Shown: positions 1 through 12,707, numbered from the whole stretch's first letter. The stretch is 63,497 nucleotides of DNA, filler included, from Perkinsus chesapeaki ATCC PRA-425 (GCA_013115145.1; 5 parts of 5 records of this genome joined end to end with filler, not necessarily neighbours in it), one strand, 5' to 3'. The notes: generated from the sequence alone by a model not told the origin. Numbers and translations are program-made.

Positions 1-1013
1 AATCTTCTCATCTTTCTAACAGAAGGCTTACGTGGAATGTCGTATGATTGATAAATCATCAATGATAATGGCAGCTATAATTTATATTATCTTTATTTCC
101 AATCTTTTCATGAATATTCAGGTAGTTTTTAGTCTACGGAGGCTTACATCAGCGCGTATTCTATTACCGCTCGCCTTATTGGCTCTGTGGATCGATTTAT
201 ATGAGCCGGAGTTATCCCTGCCGGTTTTTATTCATTAAATTTTCAGTAAGCAAACATGCTATTGGTGCCCTCCCGAGTAAGCAGCTGTGGTTGTGGACGA
301 TCTTGTTTCAGACAAGTTGCTTGGAACCGATTCACGTAGTTTCAGATATAATCGTACTCGCATTTCGTGTGTACGCATTGTCGGAGTGCACGTCCGCTCT
401 TGCTCGTCTGGACCACGCGTGGTTTTGCTCACTTCGATTTTTTCATGGTCAAAAGTGAACGGGCTGTAGTGAGGCCCGGAATAGATAGGCAGAGTCGTGG
501 TTAGAGTCCTATCTCTATTTCATTAGTCTTCTTTTCAAACCTCAACCGCCATGCGTTCAGTTAGGGGTGACAAAGCAACACATACATGCTTTTAGCTCTC
601 CTATAGTTTGAGTACAAGTGGAATACAGCGATATCACGGCGCATTCTGATAAACGATCATACCCCAAAATTCCATTTTTCCGAGGTTCCACTGAATTCAA
701 ACTTGATCGCGTTTTCAATCACGATGAGCTGCGAGTTCTTCAAGTTTCACCACTTCTTTTTTCGTTGAACTAAGTTGCTACGTGAGTCTTTGGAGTCTTC
801 GTAGTGCTGCTTTATACCGTTGCATGGGATGTGGCAATCGGTTTTCTATTTCAGTCACCATTCCGTATAGAAAGTCAGCCAATGAGAATATATTCACCGC
901 CAAGCTTCGGCTTCAATGACTACATTTAACCAAACCAAGCCGATAATCGCGAAACTTGTTTCCTTTCAAGTCATGAATAAACACACCCTGCCATAGAATC
1001 GTTTAATAAAAAG

Positions 1014-1900
1014 TCAGCCGTCGATTGGATCATTCTTTTGCAGCTTGTTGTAGTCAAACTCGTACACCTCTTGCATCTGAAGTGACAATCTTGATTGAAT
1101 CAATTCTCGGCTCTATCAGTAAATCCCCTCTTAGTGGAACTTCAAACTCACCGGAGAGCTCACCTCCCAAGCTGATAGCTTTTCGATATTCAGCAACTTT
1201 TTGATCAATTTCTCGCACTCTTCGTCCTCCAAAGCGATTGAACCTACCAGCAGCTCATTCCTACGGAGTGCTCCTAAAGCGATATATTGATAACCATGAC
1301 CAATAGGCAATGACAAGCACCAAGAGGAACATCGAACGTCTTCTAACTTTTATTTATCATTTCACTAGTAACAGAAACTTTATAACTTTTCAGTAGTAGT
1401 TGGTAATTTCCTATCAAACTTGCTATTATATCTTTTCCTTCGTCGTCATCTATCTTTCCCATCGAGCCCACCTAGCATCTTGTGCTTGAACTGCAGAATG
1501 ACGTTCAGATCAGCTGTGGTGTTCCTGGCGTGACGGGAGGGATACCTCACCATTCCACTAGAAAACTGCGTTTAAGTTCTCCCATACTTTTCAAACAACT
1601 TGTTCAAAGCAAGGCGAGTGAATCACTCGAAGTGCTATAATGATTTATTAACAAACAGTGTTTTGAGCCTATCCATTCCGGCGCACAATGGACTCACAAT
1701 CTTCAAAAATTTATTCTGGATCATTTGACTCAAGTGAGAGCCACTGATCCATGGGTGGGGATTGTAATTCGCAGGGGCCTCTCGAAGAGAGAGTTCTCCG
1801 GCCCGCCTTAATATCAAATAAAAATTGTTTAAGCTTTTACCAGGCCAATCAGGCATTGATCCACATTCGTTCAACGAACTTCGACTATTCCGAGGACCGT
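1014..1900 (-). CDS. Hypothetical multi-exon gene (5' end uncertain)
   Basis: Short exons with GT..AG boundaries splice in frame to ...FKHKMLDDDEGKDIIASLIGNYQLLLKSYKKTFDVPLGALRRNELLVGSIALEDEECEKLIKKLLNIEKLSAWESRELIQSRLSLQMQEVYEFDYNKLQKNDPIDG*; no family recognised. Confidence 0.45.
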
Positions 1901-1993
1901 CAGACCGAGTGTGATGTATATTAACGAAAACGCGAGTCCTTCCGTAAGAAACCGTTTCGTCTCTGAAATTCTTTACAGTGCGTAAAGATACCA

Positions 1994-4826
1994 TCAGAGG
2001 CCTTTATTGTACTCCAGGTCACCATGTCCCTGCAGTTCGGGCTCGAGTGATTCCTCCGAGATGATACCTGTCTGAGGAAATGCAGCGATGCTGGCTGGCA
2101 GACCGAAACCGAATGATAGGAGAAGAACCTGAAATATAAAGAAGTACCAGAGATAAACATGACATGCCCCCAGCACTTCAGAGTCTGAATTTCAGACCCA
2201 CTATTCTCGGGCCCTAGGAAATGGATTCGGTTTTTGTTTTTTCTCCAGTGTCACTGGACCCGTGACATTTACGAAATCTCCATTGTATCTTCTCCTCAGC
2301 ATTAAGAACACATTCCTGCGAGGTTAGAAGATTTTCTGGTCACTTAGCGGTTCGTACACAACCGTTTCATGCATGGTATGTTCCATCAAAAATTATTCCG
2401 TAAGGAGACTTTCTGACTTTCCGAGTAACACATTTCTGAGGGCCTAGAAGACCCTCTGATGATCTAACAAGATAAAGCAAAAACAGTGCACTCAAAAAAT
2501 ATAATTAAAACGCTACGAACCAAGTTCTCAGATGAAGGTTCGTTAATTCGCAAATCAATCGAATTGCGATATATTCAGAACTTGACTGACAGATGAACCC
2601 CTGCAGTCCGGGAGATCTCGCCAAATGGTGCGCAATCTCACCGTTGTGGATATCGGCAATGCCAGACTCGGATACGCCATGCACATTTTCTGAATCGGCG
2701 GAAGTGTCATAAACGCTGGTGACACCCCAAAGACGGGGAACTGCAGTAAAACGCGAGAAGCCACAACCTAAAATGAGTAAATTATTCCAGTTTCGGAATT
2801 TTTCGAACCTTTACCTCCTTCAGGGCTTTCTTAGCTGCCAGTCTGCTTGTGCCCACTTCCTCGTTTGTTCCCTTCTTGAAAACGGTTATACCAGTGTCGA
2901 GCTCCGAATGGCGCATAATAAAACAGTTAGCAGATGAAGCCACCTGAGCGAGACACTTCACCAAGTCATCGCTGAGCGCCTACTTACCATTGAAGCTGGC
3001 AAACCTACCCAGCGAAGTACGACCGTCGCTCGAGCGGGAGGCAAACGCTTTTTGACAACCTGCACAATGAAATGTGGATGGAGACGATCATATAGTACGA
3101 AACAGCGCATGACAAAGAGTACTGTGCGTCTAAATTTATAAACCAAATTCGAAGAGATGTCATAATTCAACGAGTTTGGGAAGATTCTTTAAGAAATTTA
3201 TATAGAACATGTTCAGTAAAATGAAAATATGAGGACGGCCAGCCGACATTCCGATGTTCCACGAGTCAGATACAAGTTGTCGGGAATCGACAAATCTGAC
3301 AGTTCTGCTTGATGACGCTAAGTAAGTCCATGCCTTTAATTACATACCACGTTGAAGGCCACTCACCAGAAGTTGCAAAATCACTACCAATCAACTCCGA
3401 AAATGGAATCGGTGATCGCTACACCGCGCGAATCTTTCGAGTGCGCACGACGGCTTTCCGAACAGCTTACCGTCGACAATCCGTATGCAATCGCGATGGC
3501 ACTTGTCACCGCGGCGAGATAACTTTTCGTCAAGGTTGCGTCGTCCACGGGAGAGGAAGCATTTCTGTTGAAGTAGTTCACAAAGGCATTCTGCGATTGA
3601 TTGATCCAGTGCCTGTGACGCAGGTTCCATCCCCGCAAGCGACGTTTTTACCAGAATATTATTGCTGGCGTCGATTTGGCCATAACCGCGCCAACACATA
3701 CGGGACCGTTGAAAGGGACGTAACCGCTCATACGGAACGGCTGCGGTATCATCTCGCCAGTGTCCGGATGAATCTGAAAACCGGCAGATTTCACGCATGG
3801 TCTCTATAGCGCCCACACACTCGCCAGATGAGGAAGGCTGTGAAATCTAGTCATTCAACATTTGCATTTTATGCGATTCGATCGAAGACGAAACTCTGTG
3901 TTGAGTCAAGAATGTTGAGATATAATATATACCTGAATCCGCCACGACCCGTACCGTTTGAACCCTATTTGCACATCTGCAGAAAAATGTGCAAAATTTT
4001 CCCGGAAAAATTTAGCAAAGTTTCAGTTTAAAGCTGATTAACAGAAAATATAAGCAATATCTGGGAAAATGGAGAAATTTCCTGTTTTCTTTTGACTCAC
4101 CGCGGACTCCTTGAGTTTTCGAGCCTTCCAAAGCTCCTCGTCGGTGAGCTTACTCGTACCGTTATGAAAGTCATGTAATGCACTGCGAGCATCGTAGATC
4201 TCCTTTTGGCTGAGGAAAAGTCGGTATGAAATTAAATAGAGTTAATGAGCATTTAATAATCTGAACAACACCAATAAGACACCAATCGACATGGAGTGTA
4301 ATTATATCCATTTAATGAGAGGAAATATCCGATGGGGAAGATAATAAATTAGAAGAAAACCTTATATGGATTCAACGACAGATGATAACCTTTATAAATG
4401 TACAGGAAAACTATTGCCGAGGATAATACTCCAGAGTTTTCCTCTAGAAATCCTTCTCCGGCGAAATTCCTTTTTTTCACTCCGGCGAATTCCACCTCTC
4501 TTTTCCCAATCTTCCCGTCGAATCACGTACATGTCTTATATGGATTAAACAACTAATGAAAGCCTTGGCAACTTCACAGGAAATTATTGCCATCCGCTTT
4601 GTTTAGGGACTTTTCCCGTGTTCCTCAACCCCGTCGCTTGTATTTCCGCACAGAATTGCCTTTGACCAAAATTTTCCCATTATTCGAAAAATTCCGGAAT
4701 TTTTCCGATTTTCCCTCACCTGTGTAACAAGTTGGTCGGGTCGCACTGATCGAGCATCTTTCTGAATCGTCCCCAGTACGTTGTCTGATCGTAGCGATCA
4801 TCAGTCAACGAAAACGGCGGAACCAT
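1994..4826 (-). CDS. SFXN: Sideroflexin (mitochondrial tricarboxylate/serine carrier family), spliced
   Basis: Exons join to MVPPFSLTDDRYDQTTYWGRF...LWKARKLKESA|IHPDTGEMIPQPFRMSGYVPFN...IIFW|..WINQSQNAFVNYFNRNASSP...VASSANCFIMRHSELDTG...FPQTGIISEESLEPELQGHGDLEYNKGL*. The HPDTGE, WINQS-N-NRN and terminal (F/Y)NKGL motifs are family hallmarks. Confidence 0.93.
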
Positions 4827-5535
4827 GTTTTGGGATTCTTTCGTGGACATTTAAAAAATGCGCCTTCACGGGCGTCGAGCTATTAAGGTCGCATATCAAG
4901 AACTATACAGTCAACTATACTAATCGATTCCTCTTGTCAAATAGCTATAGTCCCCAAGGTCCCACTCTAGTTTGATGATTTATACGTCAGATATTAAAAT
5001 TTTAGCGACTTGCCCAACAGAAGCGAACGCACTGTACGCTCTAGAGCGATGAAGTTAATGTAGGTAAACAACAGCACGAAAATCACATTTAATGTTCTTC
5101 CCTCCACTAGAAAACAACGCTCCCTGCTGACCCAGCAAAACCTTATAGCTAATGATTGAGAATATCGATCATATCAATATATTATTATATATTATTATAC
5201 AGCTGCTTCTAAAAACCTAAAATGCACAATAGTTGCAAACTCGAGACGTTCGGAATTTTCGGGCTTCTAAATATTGCCGTAAATTTCTGCTACTTTTAAA
5301 CGCTACTTGCTATTCAGAATAGCCTATTCTCAGCCTAACTTTCTCTGTTTTTCCCGTATATTTTCAAAGTGCTTCAATCTCGGCTACTTTTCCTCAACTC
5401 GCTTCCATTTCTCATGATAGAAAGATCGTTGAATCTTTCCTGATAGGCACATTTAAACCCAAACCAACTGTGAAGTGAAACGCATCATAGAGCAGCTTTC
5501 CAAATGGGACAATTCACACAAAGAAATAAAAATAA

Positions 5536-7932
5536 TTACATCTTATCGTCGATAGTAGCAGAACCAATAGTAGTAGGCTCTCCCGGGCTGACAACTGCCC
5601 CTTGAGAAGCCGCTCGATTAGGCGTCAACTTTCCTTCTTCGATCGACTTTATGTCATCCCCGGGAAGCTCTCGGATATCCTCCGAAACATCGGGCTCGAT
5701 ACTCTTGTATCTCATAGCGGTTGGGTTGTAGCACCCCTGCCAAGCTTCCGAGTTGAAACCAAGCGACTGTCTTTCCTTGTCGATCGAAGCACAAGATTTC
5801 GCGGGCAGATACGCCGCCGCCAGAAAGTGCCTTTGCTCGAGGTAAATCCAAAATAGAATAGTACCAATAAAAAGAGGAAACATCAGCGGTGATACGACAG
5901 CACCACCTTTAATTGCGAGAACTGCAAGTACGGTAAACTCGGCGATGATCGAACAGGCAATGATGAAGCGAATTGCTCTGGACCAGAGCTGTCCGCCGGT
6001 ATCCTCACTGGGGTCATATACGCAAGCGTACTCGATTTTATAGACGATTGCGAAGGAGAAGAATGCGAAGGCCATCACGAAGCTGGTTATAGGAGACATG
6101 ACAGAATACACAAATAATATCATAAAGAACAGCATCACGGTCGATACCAACTTCGGTGATTCCAGGACTTTCGGGGCGCTCAGTGGGCTCAGGCCCAGCC
6201 AGGGACGACTACGTTCCTTCTCGGACAGATTAGGACCGAGCCAGCGCCTGAGGAGGGCGGTGGCAGCCGGGACGACGCGGATGAGTTCAAGTCCAAGGTC
6301 GAGGCCGATCTGGACGAATACAAAAGATATGAAATAGTTCGATTGCTGGGGGAGGTTTGTAGCAAGAATCGTTTGGATGGTCTCGAGAGGGCTCTCGGTG
6401 AGATCCTTAAGACTTGCTAACAAACTGCTGGCGATGGCACTTACAAAGAAGGTCTGGATTATGTAGAACAGAGCGAGCTTGCCGAAGAGGGAGGCATTCA
6501 ATGTCGCCAAAGAGATGTGACCTTCCCATTTCGAGAAAATCAATAGGAAAACCGGCAGAAGGGCGTTCAAGATCGACAATGCGATCGGTGAGATTTGCTG
6601 CAATAAAATATCCATCGGAGGCCATGCTTCTGCCGCATCCGCAAGAAATGGCAATTCTTGCTTAAGAAAAGATACCTTCGAAATAGACGCTACAAACGCC
6701 ACCGGAATCGTCCAAAATATACACAGTGCGATCGTCGCCGACAGAGATACCAGTAGACCGAGTTGCTGATGAAGATGGGGCATGCCAACATTCGACCAGT
6801 AAACCTGTTCCGGGATGGGGGTCGGCTCCGGACAGAGCTTGAACGGTTCTTCATGAAGCAGCATCTGAAGGGCCGCCATTGTAGACTGCAGCGACCGATA
6901 TGTGACAAAGGCAGCTGAGCGCACTCGGAAAGATTTTCTCGAGGTTAGCTTGTTCAACGGTATAAGCGGCACTAAACGAGACACATCCGAGATTTCAAAG
7001 CCTTTCTGAGGTTCCCCCTCATCCGCGGCCTCCTGGAACTCCTCAGCTTCTTCGATCGTCTTCGAAATACTATCATTTAATAAGGCAAGCTCTGTCTCTA
7101 GCTTCGTGATGGAGTCAACTTTCTCTTTGGAGCACAGTGAAACTCGACTCTCCTGTCTAACGCCTTTGCACTGGAGGACGTTGTAAGCGTGCTCCAGCGC
7201 GGGGACGACTTCCTCCCTTTGTTCAACTTGTTTCTCGAGCTCATCAACATCGAGCGCCACACGGACGTCGGCGATCTGGCCAGGCGAAATACACTCTAGA
7301 TACTCTCGAAGCCTCTCATTAGACCGAAGAGCCTCGGGAATGCACCGGATGAAGACGGCATAGTTAGAGACAACATCGCGGGACATGAATTCGTGCCGTT
7401 TGCGAAGATACCAGGAGAACTCTTTGTAGATTAAATAAAGAGTGGAGGGAAATATGATATAGGAAGCAATTAAAGTCGCCCACATTGCTGCACTGCCTGT
7501 CGGCAAATGACCCAAACTCCACCGGGCCAGCTCGTCCTCCGCGGAGGTCTCCTCCCCCATGTACTTGTAGACAGGGATTAGATAGATTGCATTCAGACAA
7601 CTGACAAGAGCCACTTTTGTGCCCATTCTCAGCAATCTTATAAATGCCACAGAATCGAGGCCGGCGTCGACGAAGAGCTCATCATCGGTGATCTTGAAGG
7701 CACCGGGAATCCATTGACCGAATTTGGGGTAATCTCTCGAGGACAGCAGACATTGTAGTTGTGCAATATATTTTCGAGGTTGGTAGAGCTTTGGTAGGCG
7801 TGATCGAAGTACGGTGTATACCAGAACCAGGACCGCAAAGATACCGATGTAGAGAGCGAAGGATAATAGAACGGCCTCACCGCCGACTTGATCTGTTTCG
7901 GGCGAAGGGGTCGGGGTAGGGGTGGAGGACAT
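5536..7932 (-). CDS. OSCA/TMEM63/CSC1-family mechanosensitive or stress-gated cation channel, intronless
   Basis: ~800-aa uninterrupted ORF with multiple TM segments; motifs GLDSVAFIRLLRMG, AFVTY, PEQVYWSNV, FWTIPVAFV, NLPQQSNYFISFV, DTGGQLW. Confidence 0.9.
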   Translation of the reverse strand: MSSTPTPTPSPETDQVGGEAVLLSFALYIGIFAVLVLVYTVLRSRLPKLYQPRKYIAQLQCLLSSRDYPKFGQWIPGAFKITDDELFVDAGLDSVAFIRLLRMGTKVALVSCLNAIYLIPVYKYMGEETSAEDELARWSLGHLPTGSAAMWATLIASYIIFPSTLYLIYKEFSWYLRKRHEFMSRDVVSNYAVFIRCIPEALRSNERLREYLECISPGQIADVRVALDVDELEKQVEQREEVVPALEHAYNVLQCKGVRQESRVSLCSKEKVDSITKLETELALLNDSISKTIEEAEEFQEAADEGEPQKGFEISDVSRLVPLIPLNKLTSRKSFRVRSAAFVTYRSLQSTMAALQMLLHEEPFKLCPEPTPIPEQVYWSNVGMPHLHQQLGLLVSLSATIALCIFWTIPVAFVASISKVSFLKQELPFLADAAEAWPPMDILLQQISPIALSILNALLPVFLLIFSKWEGHISLATLNASLFGKLALFYIIQTFFVSAIASSLLASLKDLTESPLETIQTILATNLPQQSNYFISFVFVQIGLDLGLELIRVVPAATALLRRWLGPNLSEKERSRPWLGLSPLSAPKVLESPKLVSTVMLFFMILFVYSVMSPITSFVMAFAFFSFAIVYKIEYACVYDPSEDTGGQLWSRAIRFIIACSIIAEFTVLAVLAIKGGAVVSPLMFPLFIGTILFWIYLEQRHFLAAAYLPAKSCASIDKERQSLGFNSEAWQGCYNPTAMRYKSIEPDVSEDIRELPGDDIKSIEEGKLTPNRAASQGAVVSPGEPTTIGSATIDDKM

Positions 7933-8428
7933 GTCCTCAAAGAAAAGGGAAATCAAACTAGGATGGCTTACTCAGTCTGAGTCTTACTAATATGACTATA
8001 AAGAAATAAGCAACTAACATTGACTTGATAAGAAATATTAAAAAAATAGGAAGCCTCCTCCGTAAAAATTCTAATCTTGAATTGATTATGATACACGTCT
8101 TGCTCACGTCTTTAAACATCTTCGCTGACACAATAGTGCTGTACATCTGCACAAGGCTAATGGGGGCCGAAGGTAATCCTAGCAGTTGGCAGTTTGGCGA
8201 GACAATCTTGAAATCTTGCTATCTTGTTCTTTCTCAACTTTTTTAGTGTATATATTTCGGGGAAATATCTTTCAAGTTGAAAAGGGTTAGCGGGAGAACT
8301 AAAAGAATGAGTTATTCTGGAACTGGTTCCGTGAACACGATTTCCCCAGAACCAGTACCACAGCCGGTTCTGAGTTTCAAAACAATTTTATTGAACGACC
8401 CCATTTTTTCAGTCTCATTTTATCTGCT

Positions 8429-11112
8429 ATGTCAACCAGCCATCACATGAAGTCGTCACTGGTCGACACGAGGAACCTATCAAATGCTATTTTGGCGAGC
8501 AGCGGGGCAATCGCCGGTGCGACTGCTAAAACTGTTGTGGCCCCGCTGGAGCGAGTTAAAATATTGTACTATCGCTTGGGGGTGATGGGGAGGATTACTA
8601 AAGTTATCGATAATCCATTTGGTGGTAATGTTGCCAAGAAGTGTGCCACCTCGTGGGCCGGTAGATTTTTGCTGAGAACGGCAGTCGGGTAGGTAGACCA
8701 CAGTTATTAACAGTTCTGGAATTCTCTGGGCCCAATCGAGCAGCACAGGAAGGGTATTCGACAGATATCCGGCATCAACTTGAAAAACCAGTTCTGTGCA
8801 ATATAGCGTATTGCGTAAGTTTATTAAGTGTTAGGCTGCTGAACATTGACGCATGAATGTTTGCGTGGGATGCTACCAGCATCCTGCTAGTATCTTTGTG
8901 ATTGTTACAGTTCCTCGCTTATATTGAGGAACCACACCATTTTCACGTCAGTTTGAAAGAGTACTTGAATTTCAAAAATGAACGGTGTTCAATTTAAATC
9001 GACAAGATTTAATCTCAAGTTCCCAAGTTAGAATTGATAGTGAGGAACTATATAGTAGCTGTGATCTTAGTTTTCGGAGTGTCGAGATTACTTCTTGTTT
9101 ATGTCGTTAATTTAAAGAGTACCTTTCCAGTTCCACATAAGCTTGTGAATGCATATAACGATATGTGCTCTGAGGCAAAATATCTACACAGGTAGAGAGA
9201 AAAAGTAACAAAGTTACGACGGTAGAATTGGTTTTTCGGAGGGGAACTTGGGAGGGGAGGCACTGCCTGTCTGACAAATACGGTGTCTGAGATTTCCCCA
9301 CGTAGAAGATTTCTAGTAAGGATCTCCATAGAACCCTCTCTTGTAGAATCGGGACTCGAAGCTTCGAGCCCAATTGGTCGGGGATGGTTATTTAGAGGAT
9401 TACAATTCCGCCAGGTTCCAAGCGAGTCGGAGTATCCAATACAATTGGACCAACGTGTGGCGCATGTTGGTAACAATACAGAAGGCTGATGGCATCACAG
9501 GTGGACTCAGGGTGGCTAGTTTGGGGTCTAAAGACTGTTACAGCGCGATGAATGGAGCTATGCCGAGATTAAAAATGAGGTTGCGGATCGAGGGAAATGC
9601 TAAATGTTTGTCTCCCCAATTAATAAGATTAAATTAAATCGGGTCAACGTTTAATGTGGCTCCTGGTTATCAAGTAATTGGAACGGTTAAGCTCTCATCT
9701 TTCCGTTCAGGTTTATGGAAAGGTCACGTAGCCACACTTATTCGTATTATGCCTTATTCTGCTACAAATTTCACAGTTTTTGAAAGACTCAATCGCAGGT
9801 TGCAAGGTAGGTTTATCAGGCCAGGTGGTGCCACCCCAGGGTGTAGACTTGATATTAATATTCGAGTGCGGTCTCATAGTACCAGTTTGTACTTCGCGAC
9901 GACTTCTTCGCAATACACTTGTTCCAGACAAACTATTCCAAATGTTTCCAAACGAGTGTACCGCGGTTTTTGTAGGGTATCAGTGAACCGACCAGTATGA
10001 ACCTGATGCTATCAGGGCTGGGCTAGTCAACCGGCCAGGCAGTGCACTACCGCTAGCTGGTCACCGATATGTTGTTCAGCGCTTAAGCCATCAACTTAAG
10101 AAGCACGGCGGTTTGGGTTCGTTGACAGAGAGAGATATTTCGCTTCTCTGCTCTGTCGCATGCGAACTAGCTCCACTGGAGTTAGGACACATGCCCTCCG
10201 TGCTACTCACAAAATTTAGCGCCCCATGTTGGCAAGAATTGTGATGACAGTAGGAATGCGCACGAAACATGCATGAGCGGAAATTTGTAAGAAAAGCCTA
10301 TCAACCATGGAGTAAACACAAAGGGAATATACCGGAATTCCGACAAGTACTCTTATAATGAGAGTTATTCTTTCCGTAAGCGCTCATACCGAGCACGGTC
10401 AACCTTCAGATTCTCCTTACATAAGCCAACACATACCGGCGATGCTAATACGTTTCTTCAGTGGAAGTGTTTCTGGTGCAGCAGCGATATGTGTCAGTTA
10501 TCCTGCCGATGTGAGTTATCCAGTCCTCCACAAAGCCGTTCGAAAATCTGCGATACTGCGTCTGCTGGACTGTCTCGCATAGGTGCTTCGTTCTCGGTTG
10601 GCTGCAGACGTAGAAGGTCATTATTCATCTTATACTCGAGCTGTTAAATATATTCTCAGTAATGCATGCAGCGTTTCTACATTGAACGTCTTTCAGATAC
10701 AGAAGGCGTCCTCGGATATTACTCAGGCATGCGAGCTTCTCTAATTGGAATTCTCCCATACGCGGGAACCTCTTTCATGTGTTTTGAAACCCTTAAAAGT
10801 TACTTGATGCAAAACAAGGAGCATTGGTCAACCTTCGACAAACTAGCTTGTGGTGCGATTTCCGGACTGGTGGCGCAGACGTTAACATACCCTCTAGAAG
10901 TTGTACGCCGGCGATTACAAGTTCATGGCAAAGATGCGTTCGGGAGTCTCGGTATACTGGAGTCCATGCTTTACGTTGCTCGGACAGAAGGCGTCCGAAA
11001 TGGCTTATATAAGGGAGTGACTATGAACTGGTTTAAAGGACCGCTCGCTGTTGCTATTAGTTTCACAGTCAATGATTGTATTAAAGAGTTAATGGCTGAA
11101 AAACAGGACTGA
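8429..11112 (+). CDS. Mitochondrial carrier, SLC25A42/Graves-disease-carrier (CoA transporter)-like, spliced
   Basis: Three PX[DE]XX[KR] signatures (PLERVK, PADV-LRSR, PLEVVRRR); exons GAIAGATAKTVVAPLERVKIL|FQASRS...GLWKGHVATLIRIMPYSATNF...GILPYAGTSFMCFE...GLYKGVTMNWFKGP. Confidence 0.88.
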
Positions 11113-11526
11113 ATGACAACTCACATTGCGTTTAGTGTGAATAGTAATATTTTAAAAGCTCAGGTTCAACTTAAAGAGCTGATGATGATGATGATGATGG
11201 AGATAATCCAGCTATGAAATAGTCTAGGGTTAAAGCTCCCCTATGAAACCAAAGTATGAGCCACGCGCAAGCTCCACCACAAGCACAGGATCACAAGTAC
11301 CGTATTGCAACAATACTATTATCGTCCGACCACTCACCACGCTGATCAATACCACCTCGATCGGTGGTACATAACCATAACAATCGTACACATAAAATTC
11401 GTACACCAAAAACCCGTATAGCGAAAACCCGTACACCGTCAATTCGTACACAACGATAACCCGTACACTTCGCAGTCATGCAACCCTCATCTTGGGTTTC
11501 CTAGCTTTTACAGATTCTAAGGTTTC

Positions 11527-11600
11527 ACGGCTGTTATGGTGGCGGTGTTAGAATGTGGTGTTTCTTCACCAAAGGTCGTGAGTTCAACCCTCAGGGAAAC
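11527..11600 (+). pseudogene. Degenerate tRNA-like sequence
   Basis: TGGTG-loop-CACCA stem, AAGGTC variable region, TGAG-TTCAACC-CTCA T-arm; acceptor and D arms decayed. Confidence 0.4.
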
Positions 11601-11859
11601 TACGTTAAATCATGTAATTCAAACATCGATTTCTGGTTCAACACGTTACGCAGTTTGGGCTGTGCTACTCTTTTGCGCTCGGTATGCCGAATCGGTATGG
11701 CCATGTCGAATTTCCATTCCGAAGTAGCATACCTGGAATACTATTTCATGTGCCGCATTTGAGTGTTGCATGCAGCATGCAACACTCAAATGCGGCACAT
11801 GAAATGCAGCATGCAGCATGCTGGCAAACTCGGCAAATCGACTGTAATTCTTGTATGTT

Positions 11860-11932
11860 GCCGATGTAGCGTAGACGTTAGTGTCCAAGGCTATCAACCG
11901 TGAGGTCCCGGGTTCAATTCCCTCCGAGAACG
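11860..11932 (+). pseudogene. Degenerate tRNA-like sequence
   Basis: A-box-like TAGCGTAGACGTTAG, anticodon-like arm CAAGG-CTATCAA-CCGTG, B-box GGTTCAATTCC; acceptor stem unpaired. Confidence 0.5.
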
Positions 11933-12235
11933 TGGTAATTGGCTCATTTGGGTAAGAAGCCCACCGGCGGTGCGTGGCCGCCGAAGCCGGCGCGAAAATT
12001 TTTAAGGCAATTCGCGGAGCGGCTCCGCGACTTGCCTTAAAAATTTCCGCAAATTGTACGAAATGGACGGTGTACGGGTTAAAACTTTTAACTTTAAAGT
12101 GGGGGTGTGAACGAAGTGAAAGTGTACGGGTTTCCGGTGTACGGGCTGTAAGTGTACGAGTATTCGAGACATGAGTCGAAGATGTACGAGTTTTCAGTGT
12201 ACGGGACGTGAACACCCCTCTCGATCTGGCAGCTC

Positions 12236-12707
12236 GGGATGTTAACGATTGGTACACATAAATTACGTACACATGAAACTCGTACACGGAATTTTTGACT
12301 TTTGACTGGTACACCAAATTCCCGTACACTCACATCTCTGTCGACAAAATGTGATACACCAAAAATAGGTTCAGGGCCAAGTAGTACACAAAAATTCCGT
12401 TCATATGAGTATCGTACACTAAGATTTGGTTCAGTTTGATTTCGTACTCCTCCAACTCGTACACCCGATGGCTCGTACACTTATGCGAATTTTTTTCAGT
12501 TCAGTAGTACTGAATGCAAGTGTATCGAGCTAATGGATACGAGATAATAGTGAACGTACTTTTGGTGGTCGAACTGCCAATGATCTGAATAGGAGAGAAC
12601 GAGCTGACTGTGCACGTGTTTCAAGCAAACGAGTTGAGTATGAACGTGATTTATGGAGATCAAACATTAAGTGTACCTAATTTATGTGTACCAATCGTTA
12701 ACATCCC
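12236..12707. mobile_element. MITE-like element with 37-bp TIRs
   Basis: gggatgttaacgattggtacacataaattacgtacac (12236-12272) is inverted at 12671-12707 with one mismatch; no coding capacity; no TSD seen. Confidence 0.7.

Larger units (their letters stand above)
11367..12218. repeat. Non-autonomous transposon-like remnant with inward-facing CGTACAC arrays, two internal palindromes and two tRNA relics
   Basis: Forward cgtacac motifs at 11385-11468 and reverse gtgtacg motifs at 12056-12202; aacccgtacaccgtc near 11426 is inverted near 12066. Confidence 0.55.

Noticed and set aside
287-469. VVDDL resembling an RT YxDD motif
   Set aside because: No other RT motifs nearby; 60-aa ORF only.
7952-7972. 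gtaagccatcctag upstream of the OSCA gene as a relic spliced leader
   Set aside because: Only about 9 contiguous-ish matches; not distinguishable from chance.
11356-12226. ctcgatc at both flanks as a TSD of the GTAC-array element
   Set aside because: The enclosed ends do not form matching TIRs; a 7-mer match may be chance.
11385-12480. CRISPR-like repeat-spacer appearance of the GTAC arrays
   Set aside because: Conserved core is only 4-7 bp with ~8-11-bp spacers, orientation flips, no cas genes, eukaryotic context.
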